Positions 41,140 to 55,390 are shown, counted from the first letter of the stretch. The stretch: DNA of 64,000 nt from Eledone cirrhosa (GCA_964016885.1 OZ024742.1:56792001-56856000), one strand, 5' to 3'. The notes: a model not told the origin generated them from the sequence alone. Program-made: numbers and translations.

Positions 41140-41282
41140 GAGGAAGTATCGTACTGGATTGGAGTCTAAAGGATGAAAGGCGAAGTTGAACCCGGCGGGA
41201 TTCGAACTCATAGCGCGCAATAAGGTGGGACGAATACCGTAAAGCATTCTACGTCTTAACGACTCTGCCAATACGCCGCCTT
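41140..41282 (-). mobile_element. Diverged SINE related to family A; similar relics at ~23790-23975 (-), 48165-48340 (+) and 61530-61670 (+)
   Basis: GGATGAAAGGCGAAGTTGAACCCGGCGGGATTCGAACTC...CTGCCAATACGCCGCC. Confidence 0.65.
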
Positions 41283-41392
41283 GTATACATATATACATAT
41301 ATTTTGTGTGTGTATGCGTGTATTTGGGTGTTTATGTGAGTTGATTGTGTATGTGTGTGTGTGTTTGTGTGTGTTTGTGTGTGTGTGTGTGT

Positions 41393-41534
<142 letters not shown>

Positions 41535-44500
41535 ATGTGTGAGTGTGTCTGTGTTATATATTTGTTGTTGGTCAATGCAAGCTTGAAAAACATTTCTGTT
41601 AAAATGGCGTTCAAATCTACCGATGTAGAATTGTGACCATGTCACTGTTACTAATCCAGTTTTTATATTTAACCATCGTTATTTAATGGCTCCCTAGTAT
41701 ATGTAGAATCTATTCTCAGAAGCTTACAAACATTTAAACCACAAATTGACACAGTTTAACAATAAATAACAAACGCGTAATAGTGAATTTTATAGCAATT
41801 ATATAATTATTTCGCAACTGTTTATTCTTTTGAGTCTTAAATCGAATTATTAAATTTACAGAAGTTTATAAGTCTGGAGTTTATACAGTCAGATTTTGTC
41901 AAATTCTTTATATATATTTTCATCTTTATTTCTAGTGTTATTTTCGCTTTTTACTAAATTCCTGTAAACAGAAAAATCTTATTAGTGCGGTTCGTTTTTA
42001 TAGATTAAAACCTAAATCAAATCTCAGATCAACTACTAGAACTCTGTGTGATTATATATTTTGGTATTAATTAGGAATACGGCAGACACTAAATATTATT
42101 TTTTATTTTATTTTTCCAATATAATTACATTTCTAGTAGTGAAAAGCTTTTGATTAAATATTCTTATTTTTCTTCGTTGCATTCATTATTAGAATTAGAG
42201 CAGAAATAGAAATCAAAGAATATGCGGGCAAAAAAACTGTAATACTTTTTATCTATAAAATAACAACGAAGTAATAGTAACATCTTTAAGTACATTAATA
42301 TTTTAAGAGGCCTGTATCAAGAAATTATATATTCTCTATATATTAACTTATGTCTTTTAAGGTTTAGAGCTATTTTAAGACTCCCTCTTTGTAATTCACA
42401 ATGTGTTGTCGCATTACAGAGATATATATTTATCCGTAATTTTAAAAGATTCTCTTTGTATTTGACTTCTCTACCCCCAGGTAACCAACAATTGTTGGTT
42501 CTGTGTCAATTGAGTTGAATCAGAAAAAAATCTGTTACTTATGTTATCGATATCAGGTGGATGAGAGTTGTCATTATTGTCATTTGAAACCAGACGTAAA
42601 GAAAAATAACTACTATAATGTCGTGAACATCGTTGAAATATTTCCAACTATTTATCTCTGTTACATTGTAAACCCCTCATTATATCCTTCGTCTATTTTA
42701 GAACTACCATATGATTCTTTGCGCAATCTAAAAATAATAGTTCAATATATATTAACATCCAAATGGTTGCTGATTGTATGCCTATAACAATCTATCTAGC
42801 ATGAAAATGCATCCTATAAATAGACAATTCTATGCATGAAATAAATTTCTTAAAACTCGGTCGCTGTAAACATTCTTCATTTGAATAAGATTCATGGAAA
42901 TCAGGTTCAAATTTGATTTGTAAATTTAAACTAAATGATATTTAGAATAAAACGCTTCTGCATTTATTGGTGCGGAATGCGTCTTTTTTCCCCTAATTAT
43001 GGCTCCTTACTTTCTTCGTCAGAAGTACGATAGTCGTTTCTGAAAACAATTCCTACAATTTTACCCTTTGACAGTGAATTTAAGTTACACAATTATCTTT
43101 CTTTACCTATTTTTTAATTTCAGATTTATTAGGACTATCGTTCAAACTACTAAATGAAATTATTTGGGATGGATGAGACATTGACTGTTTTTTTAGCCTT
43201 TATGGAGTGGAATTTTCTACACGAAAAAGAAAATCCGTATCAGATTTTGCTCGACGTGTTGACCATTAAATTAAGATACACACTTTGTTTCTCTATAATT
43301 ATAACTTTGATCAGAACACATAGAAACACACATGTAAACGTAAACAGAAAAAGAAAAACGGTTTAGAATTTTGTTTTCCTGATTACAATTGTTGACACGA
43401 AAATGTTGATGGAAAATATCCTCATGTGAGTGCTAAATTCCAAGCGCTTGATGAGATTCAGGTAGAAAATTTCTTTTAAGTATTCTGGTTAATGATTTAC
43501 ATGTTTCAGCAAACTCCACGCTGCGTCGAATGTTTTGATGTGTTTATAATAACCTCAGCACTAAATGGTACGATTATTATTTTTCTATAATTACTTTTCG
43601 TTGCCGTTTCGCCGGAAGCTGTTTCTGTATTGTTCAAAACAGAAAATGTTTAATGAACAATTTTATCGGTTCCCAACGAAAAACGAAAACATAAATATCA
43701 ATATCTGATTATTAATCATGCATTTTGAAATCTTATGTGAAGGTAATATTTCCTGCAATATAAATATCTTCCTGCTCTTGCAACTGATAAATTATCGAAT
43801 ACTCCGAAGTGATTCAAAACAATTGAAGCATGCGTTTATAAATAATTAAAAACGTTCCGAAATTTTAATTGCTGTTTTGAAGCACTTTGAAATACATATG
43901 ATCAAACGACAACAGAGATCACTTTTCTTTTCGTCTCACGTAATCGGGTATGTAATAACCAAAAATGATACACAGTTTAATTTAAACTTATATTATTGTT
44001 TCAGGATTAATGTAAGATGATTTTCATAGCATGAAGTTTTCTAATCTATGAATGCTTAGACTTTACGATAATTTATGAACAAAGCCAATTATATAAGAAC
44101 AATCAGTAAAATCCATCTCCATATAATATACAAGATAAATTCTACTCATATTTCCTTACATCGGGAATTTCTAAAAAAAAGTGGTCACAATCAATAATAT
44201 GGGAGATATTCATAGATCTTAATGGAAAGAAATAATGGGAAAGTGAAACAAAAAGCTTTCAGGAAAAAATGAGATAATTGTTTTCTCTTTTTGTCTTTCA
44301 TTTTCAATGTTCATCAGTAGAAGAAGAGTATTGCCAGGAATATAGATGATCACCTCTGCCTATGGCACACGAACTAATTTTATTTTTAAAAAAATATTAT
44401 CTATTTATCTTCCTGATAGCCCAAAGTCGTTGTCAATTAACTTCTGAAAAAACATTGACAACCAGCAATGGGATTATAGCTAGCTAGCTAGCTCGTCTTT

Positions 44501-44779
44501 TAATGTTGAGTTAATACATTATGTGTCCATTTTATTTAAGGCAATTTGGTGTACTTTGCAGGAGATTCGGTTACTATTTCTATACTAAGCATCTATGAAT
44601 ATAGGGTCGTGTTAGGTAATAGCCTAATTCTCCCGTTGCCTACAATGCTGTCTACTAACGTGAAATATATTCTAAGAATTTCAATACCCTGAATATGATT
44701 ACCTGTTTTGACACAATTATATGAATATTTCGTGGGGAGAATTGTTATTGATTGATCACTCCTAATACTACAAAATCTC

Positions 44780-44912
44780 ACACGTCACTCTCAATACTAC
44801 ACGGCACCAGCTTATAGCTTGTGACTCTCAATACTACATTATATCATCTGACAACTCGTCACTCTTAATACAACACAATACCATCTCACAACTAGTCACT
44901 CTTCATACTACA
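44780..44912. repeat. ~37-bp minisatellite, about 4 diverged units
   Basis: GTCACTCTCAATACTACA recurs at ~44785, 44821, 44858 and 44894. Confidence 0.75.
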
Positions 44913-45339
44913 GACAAAGTTGATGGTTTTTCCAGTTTTTGGATATGTTTGCATATATCTGTGACTACATTGCCTAAGGAGGCGGGGTGTAACTGGATTA
45001 AAGTTTAACTCTATTTCTAATAGGTTCTGCAGTCGGGGTAATGTTTGTTCCATTTGTGTTATATCAATATTATTATTAAAACCTGTCTAGGTTTACCTTG
45101 AATGTGACCTCATTTACAGGTAGTGTTCTTTAATCTATTATTTCCATGTCAGATAATGGTAAATACGTGTATAACTGGTCTACATGTTTAGTGACTAACG
45201 ATGGATCTTATAGCATAAGCACTCTTCTTTAGTCATGTTCAATTTCACAATCCCAAAAGTCTGATAACAGCTAAGACTACAAACTATATTTCCAACCCAT
45301 TAACTTTAGACATGATGTAAAGTCACTCTTCTCAACAAC

Positions 45340-45720
45340 TTTCCACTTCTTATTTGCCCACTTATTCCTGAGAGGGCCATGGAGGCAGAGTCCTCAAATA
45401 CTCCTTCTAGCGGGTCCTGTCAGAAGCAACCGTTTCCACTGATCCAACTGGATCCCCTTCCTTATGTCTTCAGATGAAGCAGAAACTGTTGAACTGAACA
45501 ATCTCCATTCCGTTTTAAAGTCCTCAGTTTCCTCAAGGAGTTCTCTGAATTTGGATGCAATAGTATCTGCATACCTGGTCCTGACTTCCTTATCGATCAG
45601 CTTCCCACTTTATCCTGTCGGGTCGACCTGAACCTGCCGGTTTTATGGGCTTCTTTAGCTTTAGGTAGCCTCAGGTTGCAGATAATTTGATGGTGTTCAG
45701 TTGACAGCTCAACTACTCTC
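45340..45720 (-). mobile_element. Internally deleted RTE relic: APE-adjacent segment joined to the 3' end
   Basis: 45365-45455 matches 19540-19635, and 45555-45710 matches 35185-35340. Confidence 0.7.
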
Positions 45721-46029
45721 TTAACACAAACATAAAAACTGCAATATGATGAAAGGTAAGAAAACGAATCAACAACTCTATAAATTAAATATTTTAAATA
45801 TCTACTAACTTTCGAAATTCAAATGCATATAAAACTTAATGGATCCTTCAGCCAGGAATTAAACCACTATAGTCATATATTGTATACAAGGGGAAAATTA
45901 GGCGAATGGAACGAATTTCTATCCAGGAGGAAACTTGTAGATCCGAAACTTGTAGGTACGAAACCCAAACAAAGTGAAATAGTCCAAGTTGGAATCAAAC
46001 ATTCAAAGTAGAAGCTGTTTAACGATAAT

Positions 46030-46216
46030 AATTGTTTCTACTTTTAGCACATTGCCAGAAATTATCCCAGTACATTACTGGTACTTTATTTTATCGACCC
46101 CATAAGGATGAAAGGCAAAGTTAACCTAGGCGGGATTTGAACTCAGACCATAAAGGGCCGTAACTCTTTGCTGTAAAGCATGGTGTCCGACCCTCTACCG
46201 ATACTGCCAATCCACT
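46030..46216 (-). mobile_element. SINE family A copy with TSD ACGATAATAAT
   Basis: Family match, with the duplication at 46022-46032 and 46218-46228. Confidence 0.9.
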
Positions 46217-46570
46217 GACGATAATAATATTACTCACACAACACCTTCAAATACTACAGTAAATATATTATCGTTCATAACATGTTTTTTGTTTTTTTTC
46301 AATTTATTGTTTGGACATATTTTTAGTATACCTCTTGACTTTATCATTTTATTATTTTATTGGTTTCAGTGATTTGACTACAACTATGCTGGGGTATTGT
46401 TTTGATTTAGTCGATCACATATATCTTTGAACTCATTCTTTTCAAATTTGGTACTTATTTTTCACGATTCCATTTTTGACGAACCGCTAATTTACCGGAC
46501 ACAAAAACAAACACAAACACAATCGTTTACACAGATATACCCCTACATACACACACAGACATGTGTATAT

Positions 46571-46681
<111 letters not shown>

Positions 46682-47350
46682 TGTCTGTTTGTCTGTCTGT
46701 TTGTCTGTCTGTTTGTCTGTTTGTCTGTGTGCTGCGAAGTGAGTCATTTATCAATAAAACCCTGCGCAAAATAGATTAAAATTAGGAAGGGCTGCTCTCC
46801 GGCTCAACTAGTTATTCTCTAAATACTTTCACAATACAGTGAAATTTCAGGTGAAAGTATTCAATAATATAATTTCCTGAGACGAATTCATTTTGTTATT
46901 TTAATTTCAAACAACAAAGGTTTGTAAAACGTCAATCATCCACAGAGACACAGCTTGCACATTACGGACAAATTGTAAAAGATCCCCACGGAATCATTTG
47001 CAATTTTCCAACCAATATCCTTACTTTTATATCTCGTAGAATGAGTGATACACTATACTTTTAAAATAAATCCTCTTCAAAGCGTTTTAAATATATTGGT
47101 TTGATCCATATTAATGATTGATAGTTTCTGAGGGATATATAAACGAAAAATACAAATATGCCCCACTTATTGATCAAGTATTTGCTGTATGTTTATTGGC
47201 ACTCATAATAGGTTATGTTATACTCTTCTATAATTTCTCGTTTCAATATTTTATCTAAAAACAAATCTATCTTTGACATATATAGTTGAGATCTGGTACA
47301 AAATATGAAATATATATGAGGTCATATTTTTCAATTTGTTATAAAACATG

Positions 47351-47419
<69 letters not shown>

Positions 47420-47609
47420 CTCTCTCTATATATATATATATATCTATATATAAGACAAATTCATATATATATATACATGTATATAAGTGTATATAGAGAT
47501 ATGTGTGCGCGCGTGTGTGCGTATGTGCTGTATACTTTGTGCTATAGAACATAAGAGAGAAACATAAGAGACCATAATTTTAAGGACAGCATTGTTTTTT
47601 TTGTCTCTC

Positions 47610-47702
47610 TGTAACAGAATACCAATTAAAGAAGTTACAATACCAATAAAAAAGTTTGTTCAATTGGTATTGTTACTTCTTTAATTGGTATTCGGTTACA
47701 GA
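47610..47702. repeat. Short palindrome with ~38-bp arms
   Basis: TGTAACAGAATACCAATTAAAGAAGTTACAATACCAAT ... ATTGGTATTGTTACTTCTTTAATTGGTATTCGGTTACA. Confidence 0.75.
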
Positions 47703-48015
47703 AATATAAAGCAAAATGTCTGCCAAGAAGTCTTATAAAATATATCATGTAACAGAAAAGTGAATTCATATTTTCATCAATTTCATCCGATATCTATTAA
47801 GTTTCTCTTATTAAATTACATTGGTTATGTAAATTTAATATTCCCTATCGCATAATGTCCCTGTACAAATTAACTTTACAAACCACTGATATCCAAATAT
47901 TTACATGAAAACATCCTATCTCTTTCCTGAACCTCTTGAGATTAGTAGCCAAGAATCGATTTTGCACTTTACCGGCTTTTCCTTTTTCTTCCCTTTTTTT
48001 TCTCCTTGTCTTGTA

Positions 48016-48087
<72 letters not shown>

Positions 48088-49384
48088 TTCCCTACCTCTC
48101 TCTCTCTATTTCTTATTTATTTCTCTCGTGATTCATTCTTCCTCTCAATATATACAAAGGTGTTATAGATTGGCAGATTCATTAGAGAAACGGAGAAAAT
48201 ACCTTGCGGTATTTAGCTTCGGTTCTTTTTCAAATAGCACCGAGGCCGATTTAGACTTACAAAAATAAAATACTAGTCAAGAACTAGAGTTGATTTAATC
48301 GAGAAACAATTTGTGAGTCTTGTGCTTGTGTTACAAACCAATTACAGTATCGTACGAGGTTTGTGGACTTGCACCATTGTTAAAAAGTATTTTTCTACAC
48401 TTGCAGTTATATAAATTATGTGAATAAATAAAATTTATTTTAGTTTTTATTTTCCTGGTAGCCATGGAGAAAAAGGTTGTTTGATGGATACGATTGATAT
48501 TAGACAGACAGTTTCTTCTTCAGCGAAACCTTCATTAACTTTCTCAAGTTCTACTTCTGGTATCGATAAAATAAACTAAAACTCTAAGTTCAAAATAACT
48601 TACTAATTCACTCACCTGATTTAGAGCCTTTACAGTAACATCTATTGTTAATAGCATGACACAGTCTGCTCATGAAACTGATGCGTAAGTGACTAAGCAT
48701 ACCACGGACACGCGTGCTCTTAATGTATTTCTCAGGGAAATTCGGCAGGACAGCGTGTATATTAGGCTGGCCGTTAAGTTACGGGTACAGTCCATCCGAC
48801 AAGATTCCAAACAATTTAACTCATTTACACAATTTAACTCATACGGCATGAGTCAGCCTTAACTATGATAAATAGTTATTACCAAAAAATTTCACGCTGT
48901 ATTCCATTCAGCAATGCAAGGTTTACAACTTTTTTCTCTACTACAATTAATCATACCTAAAATTCCATCTTTCCATTAAATATGGCGTCCAGATTATAAT
49001 ATGGCTCTTGTTAAAATATAATCAGGTGAAATGGCAAAGTCATTTTGTAATTATAACGTAATTAGGGGGACATTTCTCTGCCGATCAATGAACATTTTTC
49101 GTTTATTCGGAAAATCTATTTCGATAATAGTTATTACAAGAAAATATTACTTTCTTTGCTTTGTCTACTCTTCACTCGCTGTATCTGCTTTTTTTTCATT
49201 CGTCCCGTCATTGTTTTCGGCTATTCCTTTCAATATATATATATATATTATATATATATATATAATTAGGGAAACGCAAAGAACCGGCTGAAGATTGTAT
49301 CGCATAAATTGTATAAAAGATTTAACATTTAATAGTATCACAAAGTGTGAAACTTACTTTAGATATGGTGTTTATATACATTTA

Positions 49385-49560
49385 TATACAAGGGTCGGCT
49401 GGAAAGTTCATAGGCTGGCAATGAATGGGGTGAAGATGGAGCTGTGCCATCTTGTATGCATTAATTTCAACTTATTTATAACTGCATTGTTTCTTTCCAG
49501 GGATTGTGTTGGTCACTCTATGAGAGAATCCTGGTCAGCCTATATATTTTTACTTTTTCG
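49385..49560. mobile_element. Possible decayed mariner-type MITE
   Basis: Starts TACAAGGGTCGGCTGGAAAGTTCATAGGCTG, resembling mariner TIRs, with a partial inverse CAGCCTAT at ~49536. Confidence 0.4.
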
Positions 49561-49573
49561 TGAGATTGAGTGT

Positions 49574-49636
<63 letters not shown>

Positions 49637-49653
49637 TATACATATATATATAT

Positions 49654-49790
<137 letters not shown>

Positions 49791-49801
49791 TATATATATA
49801 T

Positions 49802-49841
<40 letters not shown>

Positions 49842-50652
49842 GCATATATATATATTTCATTTATCAATATAGTTAAATGAAATCTTATTTTGAAGCAAAT
49901 CAATACAGTATCATTATTTATTTTGCTGCTTATAAACATTGTGTATAATATTTACATACTGATATTTTTTTCTTGTTTTTAGTAACATTATACTTCATCT
50001 ATGTATTGAAATTGAAGTAGTACCCCCCCCCCCCCCCCCCAACCCCCCACCCCGCAGCTAAACTATTTTGTCGTCATTGCTATATTTTCTTTTACTCTTA
50101 ACACTACATATGTTCTCTTGTGCACCGATAGAATACTGCATACATAATTTATCCTAAAGGGTTGATATTTCTTTTATGATATTGTCGACCAACAACATAT
50201 AGTTGTGTGTCTAAAGTGTGTCAATACAATATACTTAAAACGTTTGTTTTCTTTTAATCTACTGCAATTATTTCCAAACTTTTCATCTTAGCCTTACAAC
50301 ATATAACAAAATGCATCACGGCTTTAATATCTATAATCATTAGATGAAGGCTGATATGATTGATACTTCTTTGAATCTATTAGCCTCATCGTGTACATAT
50401 TGCCCTCATCTTGTACATATTGCCCCCATCTTGTACATATCAAATATCTATCAATACATTTCGTTTAGTTTGGTCCTTTATCGTCAAAACGTGCCACTAA
50501 ACTTATTCATTGAATAGGCTGTAAAATTGGTTCAAAATGTATGATTGTTGTCTTATATATTTATATATATAAATATAAATACAGTACTAGGAAAAAAATA
50601 AGGAAAAACTAGGCTGGAAGATGTAGGCAGAAGAAATTTATTGTGTGTTCAA

Positions 50653-50763
50653 TCTTTAACATATGTTTCTGTACAATTACGTAACAGTCTACAACTGCTG
50701 ACTATATTTTACAATGTTCAACCGTGTGCATTACACGCATGTGATTGCACTTCATCAGCAAGA
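50653..50763 (-). ncRNA. Type I hammerhead with long stem II region
   Basis: TCTTG CTGATGA AGTGCA..TGTACA GAAA CATATG TT AAAGA. Confidence 0.7.
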
Positions 50764-50912
50764 AGAGAAGAAAAATATTCTCACAGGAAAGGATAAAAAT
50801 TGATTACATTCCTAGTTGTGGGTACCGTGTTTCTGCAATCATATATATATATATATATATAAAATAAACTAAAATAAATAAGTCAAATATTTAAAATTTG
50901 ACTTCGTTTATT

Positions 50913-50967
50913 ACTGCTATATATAGTTCGGTGACAGCCATCTTTGGCTGTGACCTCTTCAGGCAGT
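50913..50967 (-). ncRNA. Type I hammerhead (GAAC variant)
   Basis: ACTGC CTGAAGA GGTCACAGCCA-AAGA-TGGCTGTCACC GAAC TATATA TA GCAGT, followed by AATAAA. Confidence 0.75.
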
Positions 50968-51571
50968 CCGAATTACTGTGGTAGAGACGAGTACACATGT
51001 TGTTGAGGTAAATGACTTTGTGAATACTCTGATATGCCCAGTTCCTGGTTGGGTTGTTGTTTCTATGAGGAACTGGAATCATATGAATTTAAACAAACGA
51101 ATTTCAGCGTCAAAGGACATCCTCTCCTCCCATTGGTCAGTTGTGAGAACATTCCTCAGTCAAAAGTCTATAGAAATTCCTTCTGAGGCGAGGCAATCTG
51201 TAGTGGTTGTTTTTGTTATTGTTAAGTACATCTGACCTCTACCCTTATGTTGGTAGTAGTGTTGGTGCTGCGGTCAGATTTAAGTCCTGCTGCTGTTGAT
51301 TTTAGAAGGATCTGTGTGTGTGTTGGCATCTATCCTGCCACCATTTCTAGTGATGGTGGTGGGGGGGGAGTAGGTTGCCAAGCATATTGAAGAAATAAAA
51401 GGCAATAAGATGAAGAAAATAAAAAATAAAAAATAAATAATAAATAATAATAAAATAATAGAATGAAATGAAAAGGTAAAAGACTAAAAAATACGAATAA
51501 AATAAAAAAAAGTAGTGTAAAATAAAATAATATAAACAATAATATAAACAATAATATAAACAACATATACT

Positions 51572-51624
<53 letters not shown>

Positions 51625-51625
<1 letters not shown>

Positions 51626-51915
51626 TTCGTTTTTTAATTTGTTTTGCACGATTTCTTATCTGAAAACGTGTGTTGAAACAGTTATTGTTATACTTTGGAA
51701 GGGTCATGCTGCCAATAAAAAACACACGCACCTGTTGGTTTTCACTTCAATTTATTATAAATTTCCGGTTGGTTGGTTCGTTCGATAACCGGATGGTTGT
51801 TTATATATTGTAAAAGCTCTTTCATCACACATTCTGTGACCTCCTCAGTGACTGGGTTTTTAATTTGTGTCTCTCCTTTGTTCTGTCTAACACCATCTTG
51901 TTTTTGTGTGTTGTA
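51625..51915 (-). mobile_element. Solo pLTR of the 30594-34322 PLE family, with hammerhead at 51810-51852
   Basis: Homologous to 30594-30870 and 34181-34322. Core reads GTCA CTGAGGA GGTCACA..TGTGAT GAAA GAGC TT TTAC. Confidence 0.85.
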
Positions 51916-52007
51916 TATATACATTAGGAATACATAGTCCTAGTGGTTGTTTAACTGTTATATGGAGAGAGAAATGTTTTATATATATATAGAGAGAAGC
52001 TATATAT

Positions 52008-52680
52008 ATGTGCCCGATACTCCCGACAAACTGTTGCTTGCGCACCTACGTCGTCTATAGGAATGAATATGATAGGTGCAATGAATTTTACATCGATAGC
52101 ACCATCCGACCTCTACACATCCGGATCAAAGAGCATGTCAACACTAGAGCCTCATCTTTTCGAAAACACATTATCAAATGCGGAAAAAAAGACGAAAGAC
52201 CCATTGTCACAATGGTAGCGACGGAGTGCAACGTTGGAACTTTAAGGATCAAGGAAGCACTGTGGATAACACGATCGAACTGCGAATCAATAATTGATCC
52301 GAGAGAAGTAAGACGAGATGACTGGTATAAATAGAACAACACACACAGTGACAGTCGAGTGAATGTTACTGTGTGTATATTGTATTTACCGCCCACTGAC
52401 CAATACAGACAGATAACAAACGAACAGACTAATGCCACCTTTGAAGACCACCAACACAAGGCGGATGAAGAATGTTATATTGCCAAGATAACAAAAGAAT
52501 CTTACCGTAGCAAATTTAACGATCCCAAATATTTTCGGGTTTAAAAACCGGTAAGCAAGTCTATCCGGTCGATTTTTAAGTCTCACATAAAGTTACCTCC
52601 TTGATAATGGGTTTTTAAATCCGAAAATATTTAAATTTGTGTTTTATATTAAACAATGCTTCAAGCAAGCCACAAAACTC
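52008..52680 (+). mobile_element. 3' fragment of a PLE (GIY-YIG remnant and UTR)
   Basis: CCLRTYVVY..CNEFYIDSTIRPLHIRIKEH..LRIKEALWI, and an inverted repeat at ~52527-52550 / 52610-52632. Confidence 0.75.
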
Positions 52681-52718
52681 TGATATATATATATATATAT
52701 ATTTATATATATTTATAT

Positions 52719-53010
52719 ATATTTAATGTATAATAAACAATACAATATAATTACCTCATTACCAAAGGTTTCGAGAAAGAGCTTTTCTTGAGGAGATTTT
52801 TCAAATATTTCACTTTATTTTAAATTGCCTAGTCTGACGAACGAATGCAGACGTTTCTTGTATTCGTCTTATTCGGGAAACCTTTGGTAATGAGGTAATT
52901 ATATTGTATTGTTTATTATACATTAAATATTTAGCTCTGTAACTTACATAGAGCATTCTTCATTCCTCTGACTTTTTCAATTGTCAACGGAAAATTCAAT
53001 ACTTATATTT
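52719..53010 (+). mobile_element. Hammerhead mini-element with ~54-bp inverted arms (52719-52772 / 52877-52930); hammerhead at 52825-52898
   Basis: TTGCCTAGT CTGACGA ACGAATGCA..TGTATTCGT..GAAA CCTTTGG TA ATGAGGTAA. Confidence 0.7.
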
Positions 53011-53067
<57 letters not shown>

Positions 53068-53229
53068 AAAGAGAGAGAGAGAAGTTGTTCAAAATTTTAA
53101 GTTTATTCTGCACTAAAAGAATTGGTGGAGCCAAGGGAAGTTGGTACATTCTATCACAGTAAAGAGAAGCTCTATGCTATGTTGAAAAACGAAAAGTTTG
53201 AGATGTAATATTGAATTCCTTCTTCCTTA

Positions 53230-53540
53230 ACTTTGTAACTCCCGGTGGAGTCGTAGGGGCACCATAGTGAGATACAGTGTTTCTTGGGCACCATTTAAAA
53301 ACTTGGTGGCGCCCCTTCCGTCTGAATACAGCCGATTTCTTCCATAGAGTGAAAGAAAAAGGAAGAAAGAAAGAATGAAAGAATCGATTCCAGCACTGGA
53401 CTGGTACTTTATTTGTCGTCCTCGTTAGGATAAAAAGCAAAGTTGACCATGGCGGGATTTTAACTCGAAGTGGAGCGAGCAGGATGAAACACCACAAAGT
53501 ATTCTATTCAACTTTCTAACGACTGACAATTCGCCGTCTA
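53230..53540 (-). mobile_element. Composite SINE (family A-like head and core, CT-rich linker, distinct 3' tail); second copy at ~63255-63590
   Basis: Both loci share GTAACTCCCG..GGAGTCGTAGGGG..CTGAATACA.CCGATTTCTTCCA next to the SINE core. Confidence 0.7.
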
Positions 53541-54337
53541 TAATATTAAATTAGAGACGTCCAATATAGAGGATTTAGAATGAAGTAGATAAGAAAGAAG
53601 ACCAGAGGATCATATTAATGATTTAAAGAGTTTAATTGTGGTTATAGTTATCTTGGAAATATATAATAGGAATAGATAATGACAGTATGTATTTTATGTA
53701 TTGTGATGGGAATGAATAAAGTGCATTCACTACATAAATATTTATTATAATATATAAGAAGTCAAATTTAGCTTTGAATTAAGAGAAGATGAAAGATATT
53801 CCATGGGAAATATAATTAATTTGAAAAATGGGAGTAAGAAAATATTTCGGGGCTAATTAAAAACGAGATATTACTAATATAGCTGTATTGTAAATATTAA
53901 TACATACACAAACATAGGCACACATTATATATGTGTGTGTGTGCCTGTGTCTGCTTCTGTATGTATGTATCTAAGTATATATTCTTCCACATGCGTCAGG
54001 GCAGTATTATGTATGTGTATATATACATATACATATATCCTAAACCATATGAATGAGCTAGAAATACTGAGAGGTGAGAATAGATATTCTGAATAAATGC
54101 CTGATTTTTTAACCGATATGTTTTAATTTATATTAATGTTATATCTTTATATAACAATCTGTATTTTCTAGATTCTAGAAAAGCTTATCTATTAATACAT
54201 TGGTTTCGTGTTAAATTCCATTCCGTGCCCTGGGAAATCGAGCTGCAAATTTGATATATATTGTATATCAATATTTAGACACACATCCTCAGATATCATT
54301 ATAAATATATATCAACATGTATAAATATATACATATA

Positions 54338-54368
<31 letters not shown>

Positions 54369-54379
54369 GAATATATATT

Positions 54380-54800
54380 TAAAAGTTAAACAAGGTTCAA
54401 TGAATAAATCAAAGAATGAGTTTTACAATAGATTGGAAGCACTCAACAGTTTGGTTTTCCAGAGTTATTAATATTAATTCAAAATATTAACAAAATATAT
54501 ATTCTTGTGATCAAGTATATTTTAATATACATATTTCAGAGGTACTGAGTTAACTTCAAAAGCACGTCCTCATCAGATAAAATAAGATGATGCATGACAT
54601 ACCTTGACATAGTAGATGGTTAAGATTCAGTCATGGTAGAATGAATCTTAACCATCTACTATGTCAAGGTATGTCATGCATCATCTTATTTTATCTGATG
54701 AGGACGTGCTGTTGAAGTTAACTCAGTACCTCTGAAATATGTATAATAAAATATACTTGATCACAAGAATATCTATTTTGTTAATAGTTTGAATTAATAT
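54380..54800. mobile_element. Family P1 palindromic hammerhead mini-element with 159-bp arms (54471-54629 / 54642-54800)
   Basis: Near-perfect inverted repeat homologous to 8711-9123. Hammerhead at 54687-54753: TATTTTAT CTGATGA GGACGTGCTG..CAGTACCTCT GAAA TATGTA TA ATAAAATA. Confidence 0.88.
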
Positions 54801-54802
54801 GA

Positions 54803-54835
<33 letters not shown>

Positions 54836-54838
54836 TAT

Positions 54839-55390
54839 ATAAATGGAAAAAAATGAAATTTCATTTCTCACTCTTAGTACGGCTGATACCTAAATGTAAG
54901 TATGTATACAGACGTACAGTAGTATGTATATACATACTTACATGCACACATATATATATGTACGTATGGGTTTACCGAACATTTATTACAATGCTCGGTT
55001 TGTTTGTAAACAAACAGCCCGAATTATTAGCCGAATTATTAGCCGAACAGTGTTCGGCAACCATCGTTGCCATTTTGTTCAACACTGACAAAGGAACGAT
55101 GAACTAGTTTCTAGCTTATTAGCTGTCATCAGCACCGTATACCTTCCTGTCAGTTGATTGAACGTTTGAAAGTATATACTTTCCTTATGCATACTAACGG
55201 CTGAGTAGCCTAATTTGCATATCGAGTGAGTTAGTCGGCCGGGCGTACCGAAAATGATAAATGGAAAAAATGAAATTTCATTTCTCACTCTTAGTACGGC
55301 TGATAGTTAAATATAAGTATGTATACGTACATAGATGTATACAGACGTACAGTAGTATATATATATATATACATGAACACATATATATAT
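54839..55390 (-). mobile_element. Retrozyme-like unit with ~418-bp period and ~110-bp terminal direct repeat
   Basis: AAATGGAAAAAAATGAAATTTCATTTCTCACTCTTAGTACGGCTGATA at ~54841 and ~55259, with an internal hammerhead. Confidence 0.75.
55098..55136 (-). ncRNA. 39-nt minimal type I hammerhead
   Basis: GGTG CTGATGA CAGCT-AATA-AGCTA GAAA CTAG TT CATC. Confidence 0.85.

Noticed and set aside
44780-44912. CRISPR-like repeat-spacer pattern
   Set aside because: Eukaryotic context, spacers related to one another, and no cas genes. It is a diverged minisatellite.
48450-48660. Possible minus-strand exon pair (CAG/GTGAGT donor near 48615, ~57-nt intron, EVELEKVNEGFAEEE)
   Set aside because: Too short and no recognisable protein. 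It cannot be supported without RNA-seq.
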